A stretch of DNA of 64,000 nucleotides from Eledone cirrhosa. Lineage: Eukaryota. The stretch lies in contig OZ024743.1 in NCBI GenBank assembly GCA_964016885.1, forward strand, positions 201,686,001 through 201,750,000, given 5' to 3'. This document shows, piece after piece, positions 37,857 through 51,461 of the stretch. Position 1 is the stretch's first letter; the number at the start of each line of letters is the position of its first letter. Below the pieces are notes generated by a model. That model ran no database searches. It saw nothing but the letters and a program-made list of their open reading frames with translations, and was not told the DNA's origin. The position numbers and the translations under genes were made by a program.

Positions 37857-37895
37857 TGAACAAGTACTTTCATGCTTTCGCAATCTTCAGGTTCA
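37857..37895 (-). ncRNA. Minimal type I hammerhead, family K
   Basis: TGAAC-CTGAAGA-TTGC gaaa GCAT-GAAA-GTAC-TT-GTTCA. Confidence 0.88.
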
Positions 37896-37939
37896 TATTC
37901 TGTGGTGACAGTCAAGTTTGCAATTTTCAGTTGCAATAG

Positions 37940-39832
37940 GGGCTAGTATCAAAACTACCCTAAAGGGCCACATATTCAAGTTCAACGAGAAGATCTACAC
38001 CTAAAATGAGGGAGCAGCCATTGGCGTCAGCATAGCTGGTGATGTTGCCAACCTTTTTATGGTATGGTGGGAAAGGAGACTTAAAGATCTCATTCATGGG
38101 AGCTCCATAGGCCCCATCATGTACTCTCGTTACGTAGACGATATCAATATAGTTATAAGAACATCCCCACTAGAACGTAGCACAATGGAAAGCATCCAGC
38201 AGATAGCTAATTCCATACACCAGAGTATAACTGTAACTATCGACTACCCTTCCAAACACCCTAACAATAGACTACCTGTATTAGACACAGAACTCTGGAT
38301 TAACACTATAGACGAGAGAGCCCAAATTCTCCACTCACACTATGCTAAACCCATGGCCTCCAAATACCTGATACTCAAAAACTCAGCAATGTCCAGTAGT
38401 GCTAAGTTTAATATTCTGATCGCAGATTTCGTACGAGTGATGAAGAATGTGTCCCGCATGTGCGACCCAACAGAAATGGAAAGACACATCCAACACTTCA
38501 TCAACCGCATGCAGTTCTCGGGCTACAACCAAAGAGACAGAGTCAGAGTATACAAAGGAGCCATGGAGAAGTATAAGACCCTCATAGAACTGGACATGAA
38601 AGGAATTTGCCCATTATACAGGAGCAAATCATGGAATAGCTTAGATAGGGCTAGACATAAGATAGGGAAAGCCACCTCATGGTACGACAACCAGAGATAC
38701 CCGAGTGTCATGTTTGTGGACGCTACCCCTGGAGGGAAATTAGCTAACCAGTGTAGAAAGGCCCTGAGAAAGACCCACTTAAAGATTAAGGTGGTAGAAA
38801 AGCCAGGAACCACCATAAAATCCCTGATCAACAAAACCTACCTTTTTAAGAAAACCCACTGTACTAATAGGAAATGTATCATATGTAAGGTAAACCCCCG
38901 GATAAACTGTAAAACTAGAAGCGTAGTCTATAGCATAAGATGTACAGAGGGTACTTGCAGAAACATGACAACAACATACATAGACGAGACAGCTCGTAGC
39001 ATAGGTGAAAGGATAGACCAACACTGGGGGGAACTAAAAGGACGAAAAAACGGGTCAGTACTATACAAACATGCCAGACAACAACACGACGGTAACATAG
39101 ACAACATAGAAATTAGAATAATATCTAAACATAGAAATGACCCAGCAGATAGGCAAATCAGAGAGGCCAGTGAAATAGAACTTAGAAGGCCAAGACTAAA
39201 CAGAAAGAATGAATGGAATAACAACAACACCCAAACAAACAACACTGACCTAAGAGAAGTATAAATAAATAAATAAATAAATAGATAAATAAATAAATAA
39301 ATACATACACAAGCACAATAACAACAAACACATATAAACACACACTAGTAAAGATAGAATACATTAACCAATCACGAACACACATCAAACAAAGCACTAT
39401 ACACACACGCAAACGCATGCGCAAAGAAGACAAAATAAAATAAACAAACAAACAAATAAATAAATAAGTATATAAACAGACTAAATAAAGATGGCGTAGA
39501 CATACAATGTAACGGGAGGAAACAATAGCACCACTGACGATGTTGCAGATGTGCAACGAAAGAACTTTGATAAACTACTGTATATATATGTGTTTGTGTC
39601 TATATTGTATCTGTATTATTTTTGGTCAGTCAATGGCAACATTGAGGACCGAATAAATTAGATTACCGATATAAAAGACACAGAAGCGAAAAGCGAAAAC
39701 CAACCAAACAGTGAGTGTGTTCTGTTATTAATTCTGGCAATATTACACAAATATGACCCTCCCCAAGTATAACAATATTTGTTTCGACACACGATTTCTT
39801 ATAAAAAACCTCGCAAAACTAATTCATCGCCG

Positions 39833-39833
<1 letters not shown>
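37940..39833 (+). mobile_element. 5'-truncated Penelope-like element (non-Naiad; RT C-half + GIY-YIG, ORF remnant 38059-39264)
   Basis: GAAIG..ANLFM, RYVDD, LPVLD, HYAKPMAS, MQFSGY, C..C..C..VVYSIRC, YIDETARSIGERIDQH, RQIREA..LNRKNEW; 3' hammerhead; ends at (TA)n. Confidence 0.9.
39530..39571 (+). ncRNA. Minimal hammerhead, family L
   Basis: ACCA-CTGACGA-T GTTGCA gatg TGCAAC-GAAA-GAAC-TT-TGAT. Confidence 0.78.
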
Positions 39834-39930
<97 letters not shown>

Positions 39931-40109
39931 GAGGAGGAAATTGGGTATAATACAAGTTTCTTATTAAATGCGAAGAAGCTCGATATATTAACCCCTTAGG
40001 ATAGGGTACAAAGCCTAATTTTTATCCAACCATCTTGTCGGGCTTTACCCCTGGGTCTCTTATCGGTTGGTTTGCTCGTAAAATCTGTAAATTCAATACG
40101 CATATACAT

Positions 40110-40258
40110 CTTGTTGTTGTTGTTGTTGTTGTTGTTTTCTTCTTCTTCTTCTTCTTCTTCTTCTTCTTCTTCTTCTTCTTCTTCTTCTTCTTCTTCTTCT
40201 TCTTCTTCTTCTTCTTCTTCTTCTTCTTCTTCTTCTTCTTTCTTCGTCTTCTTCTTCT
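40110..40258. repeat. (TTG)n(TTC)n compound microsatellite
   Basis: Seen directly. Confidence 0.98.
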
Positions 40259-40512
40259 GGGTCTAACAATATTAGTTGCCAGAAGGAGGCAAATGGGCTC
40301 ACCTTCAGCTACAATATTTTTATATCGAATAGATATTTAAAAGAATCCTCTCTATTTCTGTGTATGGAATTTACCATAAAATTGTAAAGTAAAAATACGG
40401 ATTATAGAATATATTAAGAATTTCTGACCTTAGCCAATAAAAAAGATCTTGTGAAATATACACCTCCACAAAATAACAGTAACGAGCTTTGATCTTTCAC
40501 ACTAACATTCTT

Positions 40513-40548
40513 TCTTCTGATGAAAGACTAACGTCCAAAACGTTAAGA
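40513..40548 (+). ncRNA. Decayed minimal hammerhead, family M (GAAA changed to AAAA)
   Basis: TCTT-CTGATGA-AAGAC taac GTCC-AAAA-CG-TT-AAGA. Confidence 0.65.
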
Positions 40549-40646
40549 CCCTCTTCCTGCTATATCAAGCGTTAACCTAATATATTCTTTACATAGACTG
40601 TACCGATTATGTTGTTATTTCTGTTTACCTTTTACATACACACACA

Positions 40647-40692
<46 letters not shown>

Positions 40693-40693
40693 A

Positions 40694-40779
<86 letters not shown>

Positions 40780-40893
40780 AATATATATATATATATACTT
40801 ATAAACTTATATACTTATATATATATATGTGTGTGTGTGTGTTTGTATGTGCATGTATACACAGATACATATGCAGAGAAAGAGAGAGAGAGA

Positions 40894-40984
<91 letters not shown>

Positions 40985-41489
40985 GTAATATATTGATAGA
41001 ATGCCAGTGAGAGCGAGAGAGGTGGTATTGGATTAAACGTACAGCTGGTGTGTCAAGATTTTGATCATATCAAGTGTCATTGTAAAATTTATTTGTGATA
41101 TATATGTACACTTTGTCAGATTATTAAGTTGGTTGTGAAAATGAAGCTCAAGGTATGGTCTCAACTGTGTTGATTGTGTGTTAAAAAGGAAAGAAATGTC
41201 CACTCATTGATGATCATGTATATATGTATGTACATATAAGTATATAGGTTGTCGGTCTGCTTCGGTAGAGTATATATGTACTTCTGGTTTTATAATTTTA
41301 TAACATTTTACCAATAGAGAGAGTCCGTTTCTAATATAAACACAAAACTCTTTTCATTGGAGTTTAGACAACATCAAGTGGTATGTCTGCATACGTGCGT
41401 GTGTGCGTAGGTGTGGATGTTATTGTATGTGTGGATGTGTATATTTTGAGTTGTATGTGTGCATGGACATATGCTTTGTATCTGAACAA

Positions 41490-42212
41490 GTGTATATGCA
41501 GTTCTTACATGCAGATTTTTGGAATGTTACATATATCTTTACTGTTCCATTAATGGATTGTGCTTGTAATTTCCTAACTAGTGATGTTCTTTCAGGTTCT
41601 GTGGAGCCCAGCTTCTCAAGATTTTTACAGAGACAGTTACTAACATACCCCAGTGCCCCAATAATCACAGGTATAAATCTGAAGGTATAGCCAGGGTGGA
41701 GTATCTGCAGATTCCTCGTTAGTTCTGCATAGATATTCTCCTTTTCGCTAATCTTTAATATTATATTGGCATCTGCAAGGGCGGTGAATTGGCAGTATCG
41801 GTAGAGGGTTGGATGCCATGCTTTCCAGCATAGTTACGTCCCTTACGGTCTGAGTTCAAATCCTGTCGAGGTTAACTTTGCCTTTCAACCTTACGAGATC
41901 GATAAAATAAAGTACGAGTAATGCACTGGGTAATTGCTGGCCTTGTGCCAAAAGTAGAAACAATTATATTGGCATCTGCTGGGCAGCTAACTTCCACTAC
42001 AGTGCACGCCTTCATTTCTCTGTACCATATTATTATATCTGTTCAGTTATGCTTGAATTTTATTGGACTTTTGACTGGAACATACCACCAGTAGTCTTTC
42101 AGATTATGTATGTATATGTCTTCCATATTGCTGTAAATTTTGCTATGTTTATTGTTGGGGTTATCTTTTCTACGGATTGCATTGTATATCGTTTTTCCCA
42201 CTACATCATGCC
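41490..42212 (-). mobile_element. R4/Dong-like LINE 3' fragment (RLE domain), split by a SINE
   Basis: HDVVGKTIYN, YWW, KHN*TDIIIW..VVEVSCP, KENIYAEL, PVIIGALGY; colinear with 60337-61095. Confidence 0.82.
41777..41962 (+). mobile_element. Full-length tRNA-derived SINE with Meta-like core
   Basis: A box TGGCAGTATCGG, B box GAGTTCAAATCC, core GCCTTTCA.CCTTACG.G.TCGATAAAATAAAGTAC; TSD ATTATATTGGCATCTGC at 41760-41776 and 41963-41979. Confidence 0.9.
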
Positions 42213-42243
<31 letters not shown>

Positions 42244-42293
42244 TGTATGTATGTATGTATGTATGTATGTATGTATGTATGTATGTATGTATG

Positions 42294-44889
42294 AGGATAA
42301 AAATGTGAAGAGGACATTGCAAGAAGAAATGCAGGTTTCAGATCTTGGTGAAGATTGGTCGTCCCTTAAAAAGTCGATTTATGATGTAGGCAGGCGTGTT
42401 CTGAGATTGGTGCAGAGAAAACATCAGGGCTGGTTTAATGAGAATGGTGTACATATAGAAGACTTGTTGGCTGATAAGAGGCGTGCTCTGTCACGCTACT
42501 TGACGGCAAAACCACAGGAAAGGAATATGTTGCATGAGGAACTCAAGGATGTAAAATCACGTGTTAGGCAGAGTCTTTCTCAGATGAAGGATCAGTGGTG
42601 GAGTGAGAAGGCTGATGAGATACAAACTGCGTCAGATTCCAATAACACAAAGCTGTTGTACAGTCTCTTGCGTGAAGTTTATGGGCCCTCTTCTTCTCTG
42701 GTGACACCGCTCCGCAGCAAGGATGGCAAAGAACTTCTTCGTGACTCACAGGGAATTCTACGAAGGTGGCGAGAGCATTTTGATGATCTTTTGAATCAGC
42801 CGTCTGTCGTCAATGAAGATTTCCTTAATCTCATTCCAGAAAGTCCTGTGAAAGTAGCTCTCGCAGAACCTCCGACGCTTGTGGAGGTTGCAGTGGCTAT
42901 CTCGAAGCTGAACAATGGAAGGTCTCCAGGTATAGATGGCATACATGCTGAGCTCGTACAATATGGTGGTGAGAGACTCCTGCAACATCTTCACTCTTTG
43001 TTTGGCAGCATATGGGCAAATGAATGCGTACCAGAGGACTGGAGAGATGCAGTAATGGTGGTCTTGTACAAGGGAAAGGGTAACAGGAATGATTGTGGGA
43101 ACTACAGAGGTATATCATTGCTTTCTGTCGTAGGGAAAGTTTTATGTAGGGTGCTTCTGGACCCTCTGCTGACACACATTGCAGATTGTGTTCTTCCTGA
43201 AAGTCAATTTGGTTTTCGTGCTGGACGCGGCACTACTGAAATGATCTTCTCAGCTAGACAGCTCCAGGAGAAGTGCATGGAACAAGGTTTAGATCTGTAT
43301 CAGGTTTTTGTCGATCTGACAAAAGCTTTCGATACTGTTAACAGAAATGCTATATGGAAGGTTCTCCAGAAACTGGGTTGCCGTGATAAGTTCCTTACTT
43401 TAGTTAGGTCTTTCCATGACGACATGAAGGCTTGAGTTAATGTCGGAGGTAACATGTCGGAGCCTATCTCAGTAAAAAATGGAGTGAAACAAGGGGATAT
43501 TCCAGCACCGACCCTGTTTGCCATATACTTTGCAATGGTTTTCTGTATTGCATTCAAGAATTGCGAGCATGGTGTTTACATCCGATATCGAACCTCAGGC
43601 AGCATATTTAACATCAGGCGCTTTGCTGCAAAGACAAAAGTATTTCCATCAATCATAAGAGAGCTCTTGTATGCAGATGATTGCGATCTTGTAGCGCACA
43701 CAGAGAGTGATATGCAGCACATTTTGAATGCATTTTCTGACGCTTGCACTGCCCTAGGATTGACTGTCAGTCTCAAGAAAACCGTCGTCATGTACCAACC
43801 TGCCCCTGGTGAGCAGTACAGTGAACCAAATATCTATGTGTATGGTAAACGAATTTGAGTGATTGATCAGTTTGTCTACCTGGGAAGCACTGTCAATCGA
43901 TACAGCAACCTTGATAGTGAAATCTCACTTAGGATTAGGAAAGCAAGTGATGCTTTCGGAAAGCTAGAAAGGCGACTCTGGGGTCGGCGAGACATATGCA
44001 AGAAGACAAAGGTAAAGGTATACAAGGCACGTGTGCTCTCTTCTCTTCTTTATGCCTGCGAGGCCTGGGTCACATATCGACACCACCTTAAGCAATTGGA
44101 GCGTTTCCATCAGATGTGTCTCAGACGGATCCATGGCGTTCACTGGAGGGACCACATCAGTGATGTCGATATTTTGGAAAGCTCTATGTGTGACAGTATA
44201 GAAGCTCTTGTGCTTAAGCAACGTCTCCGTTGGAGTGGTCATCTTGCCGGGATGAAGGATTCTAGAATACCAAAACAACTCTTTTATGGAGAGTTAGTTA
44301 AAGGAAAACTACCGCCACATAAACCAAAAAAAAGGTATAAGGATTCCTTGAAAGCCTCTTTGAAAGACGCTAACATCTCTGCTGATACATGGGAAAATAT
44401 TGCTGCTGATCCTAATAAATGGAGAAAGACTGTATATGAGGGAAAAGTTGCCTTTGAGGCATCTCGAATCGCATACTAGAAAGTAAAGCGGGATGTGAGG
44501 AAGGGCATTGCTGTTGCACTTCCAGACGGCGGGGGTCCTCCTATGGTGCTGACATGCAGCGTCTGTGCGAGACTCTGCCTAAGCAAAGCTGGACTCGAAC
44601 GTCATCTTCGCAGTTATAAAGTAAGACCAGTGGTTGACTACCAGGCTGCTGTTGGTGATGCTACTCATCATGCTTGCCAAGCATGTTGTAGAGAATGTAA
44701 ATCAGCAGGAGGGCTGAAACGACATGCAAAAGTACATGAACTCCAACCACAGCCGGCTATTCCCAGTGAATGTTTTGGTTGCCGACTCTGTGCAAGACAT
44801 TTTAGATCATTGGGTGGGCTAAAAAGCCACATTCGACCGCAGCGCTGTTAGTTGCTATCGTGTGTGTATAGATATGTTTATGTGTGTGC

Positions 44890-44921
<32 letters not shown>

Positions 44922-45065
44922 TATTATTGTTGTTGTTGTCGTTATTATTATTGTTGTTATTATTATTATTATTGTTATTAATATATGTATATATATATTT
45001 TTTTTTTTCTCGTGCAATGGCCATACTCGATAACGAGGGGGCAGCCATCCTGTATGTATGTATGT
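42294..45065 (+). mobile_element. 5'-truncated RTE (BovB-like) LINE with nonsense mutations and three C-terminal C2H2 fingers
   Basis: SPGIDGI, NYRGISLL, QFGFR, FVDLTKAFD, GVKQG, YADD, FVYLGS, RLRWSGH; (TATG)n on the 5' side; 3' end GGCCATACTCGATAACGAG..GCAGCCA followed by (GTAT)n. Confidence 0.92.
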
Positions 45066-45692
45066 CTCATAGTTGGCGACTAAACTGGCAACCCCACCAA
45101 GGTTTCTTGGTGAGGAGGGTGACTTTGCACATCCTGCAGGACTCAAAACAAAACCTGTCAAAGGGCAAAGAGCTCTTAAGTGTCAATGGCCATCCAAAAT
45201 CACCGGGAGAGATGACACCTTAGCCTTTGTCAAGGCAGAATTCTAGGAGAAGGAAAACTCTGTAATAACGCCTGCAACCCTGATGATATCCAATGATGTT
45301 GACTTGTTCTTTTTGGTAAATATCATCTTGGTTAAGAGAGTGGGACTGGCTTTGTGCAGTGCCTTTGCTCACTATAAAAGCTTCACGGCACAGGCATTGC
45401 TTTATATCTGGAGATCTCTCTTCACTTGTCGTCCCATGGTACCATGGGCCCAGCACTATGTGTCAATAATTGTAACAAGTGTAGTGTTTGTACCAGAGTT
45501 TTCAAGTCGCTGGTTGGACTAAAATGTCACACTCGTTCAGCGCATCGGTAGGGGTTCTCCTACATGGATATAAAGTAGTGGCCGTACTCGAAAACGAGTT
45601 GGCAGCCACCATGTATGTATGTATGTATGTATGTATGTATGTATGTATGTATGTATGTATGTATGTATGTATGTATGTATGTATGTATGTAT
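45066..45692 (+). mobile_element. Non-autonomous RTE-related short element with (TATG)n tail; 5'-truncated second copy at 61571-61950
   Basis: 45250-45612 is highly similar to 61571-61933; its 3' end matches that of the adjacent RTE. Confidence 0.78.
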
Positions 45693-45693
45693 G

Positions 45694-45750
<57 letters not shown>

Positions 45751-45751
<1 letters not shown>

Positions 45752-48700
45752 GATAGAGTGAGACACGCTTCACATCGGCTCTGCTATTCTATCGGAATTT
45801 ACCCTTACTATAGTAAGTTCCAGTGAATTTTTTCAGTGCAACACATTTGGAACATTTACCCCTGTTATTTGCGGAAACATTTTTACATTTACCCCCTTTT
45901 TAGGGGGTAAAATAAATAACTATTTTTCTGTAAAACTTCTTTCTTGGCCGCATGGCGGGAAAGATTGCAGACATGTCTGCCATTAGCTCTGCCACGCCCC
46001 CCAAGTCTGAAGAACAAAAAATGGATAAACAAAACTAGACAACGAAACAAACAAGGAAAATGAAAAAACAAATGTTACGGAAAATGAGCAAACGGAAAAC
46101 AAACAAACAGAAAACAATAATACAAAAAATAACAAGGCAACTTTCGCCCAGACAACAAAAAAAATCAATCACATATACACCTATTGACTTAACTGCCGCC
46201 AGAGAGAAACTGGCAGAAGCAAAAAAGCACATAGTCTTGGGGGAGAACGGAATATTTTCCATTAATTCCCCCCCAAGAATTCAAGAAAACGTGACAAGAA
46301 AACACTGTTCTGTTTAGAACAGTCCTAAACAACACAAGGAAGCCAGCACAACCCACCCAAACGGAGATAGAGTTGGTCCTAAAAGACCATATGAAGAATA
46401 TTCTCTTCATACGAAAGGACCGACTCTATGGCAGCATTTCTGCTTTAACAAAAGACAAAGAAACAACACAGAGGCTTTCCCTAAGCCCACTCACATCAAC
46501 AGCATACAGTTTCTATCCCTCCTACATGGGTAGAAGAACTCAGAGAATCAAAATACAGACAATGCTGCCCACAATGGACTTCTGGTGGGCTATTGATGGC
46601 CTATTAGACATGGGCGAGGACACAGTGCTGTCAATGGGGAAGGCATCTGGAGATGCGTTCCTGGGAATGGGCCTCGACCTACTAGTACAAATGAGGCCCG
46701 AAAGAATAGCGCAAATCCCGGATCGCATCTGGCTGGATGACCTCACCCCAATATATATAATTGTAGAGGGGAGAAGACCAGCATGCTATTCATGCATGGA
46801 AAGGGGACACGTTAAGGCTAACTGCCCGAATCGTATTCCCCAAAAAGGACTATTGCCCACACCCACCACAAACAGTACACCAACACCACCCACCTCCAAA
46901 AATACACTAACACCACCAACACACACAGCAAACAAAATACAGACACCACCAACCACAAGCACAACACAAACATCACCACCACCAGCACCAAACACAAGCA
47001 CGACACAAAAATCACCACCACCATCACCAACCACAAGCACGACACAAACATCACCACCACGACCACAAAACACATTCCAAACAAATAATATAAAAAACAG
47101 CAACAATTCTACCCCTCCCGCAAAAAAAACAACCAGACACCACGTCCCTCCCACCTAGCGCTGAAGAGTTTCCCCCAACTTCTGAAGAAGAAGGAGGAGA
47201 AGCCTTCAGACAAGTTAAAAGGAAAAAACGAAAGCACACACCCAGCACACCACAACAACAAATAACCTACACACAAACACCAACTCCAATCAAAAACACC
47301 CCACCCTCGACAAACAAAAATAAATCTGCGCCTCCCCTCTTCGAAACATTGACAGCATCACAAAAAAAGACTTTACAATACACATATATAAATAAAGAAA
47401 ACAAAAAACTGTTTAAATTAATAAACAATAGCCCTTTGGTGCAGACCGAAGGGCCAAACTTTATCTCAACAGAGAACTTTACTCATTTAAAAATGATAAA
47501 GGTCCAGAGGGATATTTATCGTTCCTTAAAAGAACAATTTAAACAGGACGTGAGCCCCCCCCCTGTTTAAAACCGTTAAATCGCGTCCTCTTGAAAGATT
47601 TCCCCATAACCTCCCCTCTCCCTGACACAACTCCAAATACCCCAACCCCACCACACTCGGATACCTCCACACCACCACAAAACATCCCTCCACCCAACAC
47701 ACCCGACCCCATGGAAATTACACAACCCGGACTCCGGGACGCGGAGAGGTAGGTGCTCTTCTTTCTTCACTTTCAACACCAACACAGATCAATTGAGAGT
47801 TGGTTGTTTGAATGCGCGTGGCCTGGGCTCAGCTTGGAAGCAAGCAAAGCTTCTAAGTGACCTCAGGTTACGAAGTATAGATGTGATGGTTGTTTGCGAG
47901 AGTCGGATCAGCAGCGTGCGACAGCTGACTCCCGCCTTCGATGACTTTGAGATGCACGCATCTCTCTGTCAACCCGGAGGTGGGGGTGGGGTTGCCGTAC
48001 TGCTGGATAAATGTCTGGCTCTCGACGTACAGATTGTTCACTTGGACCCGGGGGGTCGATTACTGGTGCTGGACGTCGGAGGCGGTGAAGGCGGGGCTTT
48101 CAGACTGGTCGGTCTTTATGCCCCCTTCGGGGCTGAAAGAGCCGACTTCTTCCAGCGTCTGGAGACTTTTCTAGGAACGTCGCGTTCCCTACTTTTAGTG
48201 GGGGACTGGAATGAAATCCTAGATGCACGTTGGGACTATGCAGGGGCATGTCCCGATAGAGGGGGTTGTAGCAGCCTCAAGAGGTTACTCGATCGATTCG
48301 ACCTGGTCGATAGATTTCGACTAGATTTTCCAACTGTGCCAACCTGGACTTGGGCAAACCGCAGTGGTCAATCTAGATCGTACCTAGATAGGTTTTTGGT
48401 TAGGAGTAAGTATTTAGTTGTCCAGAATTGCTCATGGTTGGCTATTAAGATCACAAATTAGTTACCTGCGTGGTCAACCTTGATAGAACGCATAGACAGG
48501 GTCCCGGTTACTGGAAGATGAACTTGTCCTTGCCGGCAAAGGAAGCTTACAGAAACCAGATTAGTAGCTTAGTTAAGATGCGGTTGACGGAAGCGATCGT
48601 CAACAGCAGGTGGTGGGTATCTCTAAAGAGAGAGATTAGAGTAAGTTCGATAGGTTACAGTAAGGAACTAGCAGCGAATAGAAATAGGAGGGAAAGGGAG

Positions 48701-49400
48701 TTGACAGATAAACTAGAAGAGGTGATTAGGAGCGGAGACATGGCCAGAATGTCAGCGTCGAGAACGGCGTTGAGCCAGTTCTTTGACGCGAAGCAGGAAG
48801 GCTGCGTTGTCCGAAGTAAAATACGTGCTTTAGGAAACGAGGGGACCAAAGTTGTTAGCTGGGCCCGCGTGAGAGAAGCCAAGAGTGGGATTAAATCCAC
48901 CATTCGGTCTTTGCGAGACCAGGATGGACGTATGATCCTTGAACCTGAGCGGATGTGCGAGGCCTTTCAAAGGCACTTTGCTCGACTGTTCGGAGGGGGA
49001 GGGGGGCCGGACGGGGATGTGGACTTCGGTCCATACCTCGACGGTCTACCTCGTCTTTCGAGCGGCGAAGCGGAGTGCTGTGAAAGGCCAATCACAGCCA
49101 CTGAAATCGGGGAAGCGCTCAGCCAATGCAGCAGACGCAAATCTCCGGGTCTCGATGGTCTACCATACGAACTTTATTTAGCTATGCCGGTCTTGTTCTC
49201 CGAACTCATCGAGGCTGTCTATTGCAACTGGCAACAGAACGGGAGAATTCCCTGTGCTGTGACCAAGGGCGTAGTCACGCTAGTGAGGAAGGACGAGAGC
49301 AAGGGGGACGACTTAAGTAACTTTAGGCCCTCCATTGTAAACTCCCTCCATTGTACTTGTCCCACTCTTTGGTACCCTGGTGGCAAATAAAAAGAAAGTT
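45751..49400 (+). mobile_element. Tx1/L1-clade LINE with internal deletion, bounded by (TATC)n
   Basis: ORF1 remnant with CYSCMERGHVKANC; APE domain GCLNARGL, VCES, GLYAP, GDWN, SYLDRF; RT start SPGLDG..NFRP joined directly to the 3' end GGTGGCAAATAAAAAGAAAGTT-ATCTATCT. Confidence 0.9.
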
Positions 49401-49974
49401 ATCTATCTCCCTGTACATATATTTGTGTGTGTGTGCGTGTTTTTAAAACGTAGGATGTGCGGATTACAGCGACAAAAAAAAAACAAAACAAAAAAACAAT
49501 GAATAATAAACCCTAAAAGGAGAACAAATGGAATGAAGGCAGAATTAAAGATATTTAAACAACGGTTATTGTACTTTAGCTTGATTAGCATGTTCAAGGT
49601 CAGAGGCATGGCAAATGTTTGACTGGATATATTTAAACATCGTAACTAATTTGGAATTTGGACATGCGGTAAAAACGTAAATGGAAGTCAAATTGTTATG
49701 GAAGCTATCATAGTTACAATATAATTGCTCTGAAAACAAAATATAACAAAATAAAACAAATAAAACAAATAAAATAAAAATAACTTTTTTTTATGATATT
49801 ATGGACAAAACCTTAGATTATTAGTAATTTATAAATATTAATGAATATTTCTGCGGCTGTATTATTTTCGTACTAAACAAACGAACAATGGCGATTAATA
49901 TAATTTTGAACGAATTTGGCAGTAAATAATTTGCAACTAATTGAAGGAGAAAACTGCATATATATATACATATA

Positions 49975-50476
49975 GAAGTATAAATAAAGAGAAGTATAAA
50001 TAAATAAATAAATACATACACAAGCACAATAACAACAAACACATATAAACACACACTAGTAAACTAAGATAGAATACAATAACCAATACACAGTCACCCA
50101 AACACGAACACACATCAAACAAAACACTATACACACACGCAAACGCATGCGCAGAGAAGACAGAAATAAATAAATAAATAAACAGACTAAATAAAGATGG
50201 CGTAGGCATACAATACAACTGGAGGAAACATAATAGCACCACTGACGATGTTGCAGATGTGCAACGAAAGAACTTTGTTAGACTATATATATGTGTCTAT
50301 ATTGTATCTGTATTTTTGACAGTTGGTCAGTCAATGGTAACATTGAGGACCGAATAAATTAAATTAACCGATATAAAAGACACAGAAGCGAAAACCAACC
50401 AAACAGTGAGTGTGTTCTGTTATTAATTCTGGCAATATTATTACACAAATATGACCCTCCCCAAGTATAACAATAT
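49975..50476 (+). mobile_element. Solo pLTR of the 37940-39833 family; family L hammerhead at 50238-50279
   Basis: Colinear with 39255-39778; ends at (TA)n. Confidence 0.87.
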
Positions 50477-50555
50477 ATATATATATATTTTTCTATATAT
50501 ATATATATATAGTGACGAAACATAAGTCAATTGCATGATCTCATAATCCTTTATT

Positions 50556-50613
50556 TACTGCTATATATATTTCGATGATAGCCATTGAATGGCTATGACC
50601 TCACCAGGCAGTA
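50556..50613 (-). ncRNA. Hammerhead related to family C, core CUGGUGA
   Basis: TACTGC-CTGGTGA-GGTCATAGCCAT tca ATGGCTATCATC-GAAA-TATATA-TA-GCAGTA; stem II covaries with the 8481 copy (C-G to T-A). Confidence 0.78.
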
Positions 50614-51426
50614 GTCTGTTCTTATATATGCCAGCTCTGTGTTTATAGTGTTGATGGTATCAGAGCCTTGGGACATATGAGCTTGTTAGGAATAATTTAA
50701 TGTTGTCAGCAGGAATAGTCTTAATTCTCATTGGTCAGTTTGTAGATGCTAGTAGGGTTGGTATTTGACCTCAAAGAGGCAGGTGGTGTTGTAATGTTCA
50801 AACCGTCAGGCAAGGTGACAATAGTTCCATATGACTGATTTTCACAAAAAGCATTCCTGGTCAGATATATATTCAATTAATGTTAATAGTATGAATAGAT
50901 ACTACAGGTCATTCTTAAATTGAGGAATTTATGTGGAGTGGTGCTACTGAAAATTATGGTTAGAGTAGAACATTTACAAATAAAAAGACTTATGTAGGTT
51001 GGCTTGCAAGTACACTCACACCCACCTCCACAGACACACACACACATCCACACATACAAATTGAGGAATTAATGTGGGGTGGTAATACTTAAAATAATGG
51101 TTAGAGTCAAATACTTAGATAGTTTAGAAAATTTAGAAATAAAAGGCTTATGTTGGTTGACTTGTAGATACACTCACACCTACCCCCTCAGACACACACA
51201 CATCTACACACACAAATCCATACAGGTGTGTATATATATGGACGAACAAGTATACATAAAATATATACATATACATAAAATATATATATACATAAAATAT
51301 ATATATATATACATAAAATATATATATATATATATAAAATATACATATACATAAAATATATATACACATAAAATATACATACATACATATAAAATATATA
51401 TATATATATAATATATCTAATATATA

Positions 51427-51461
<35 letters not shown>

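Noticed and set aside
41777-41870. tRNA gene
   Set aside because: The A/B boxes belong to a SINE head with TSD and tail; no complete cloverleaf.
46850-47160. Mucin-like Thr/Pro-rich protein
   Set aside because: It is the low-complexity part of Tx1 ORF1, containing ~36-bp repeats after the zinc knuckle.
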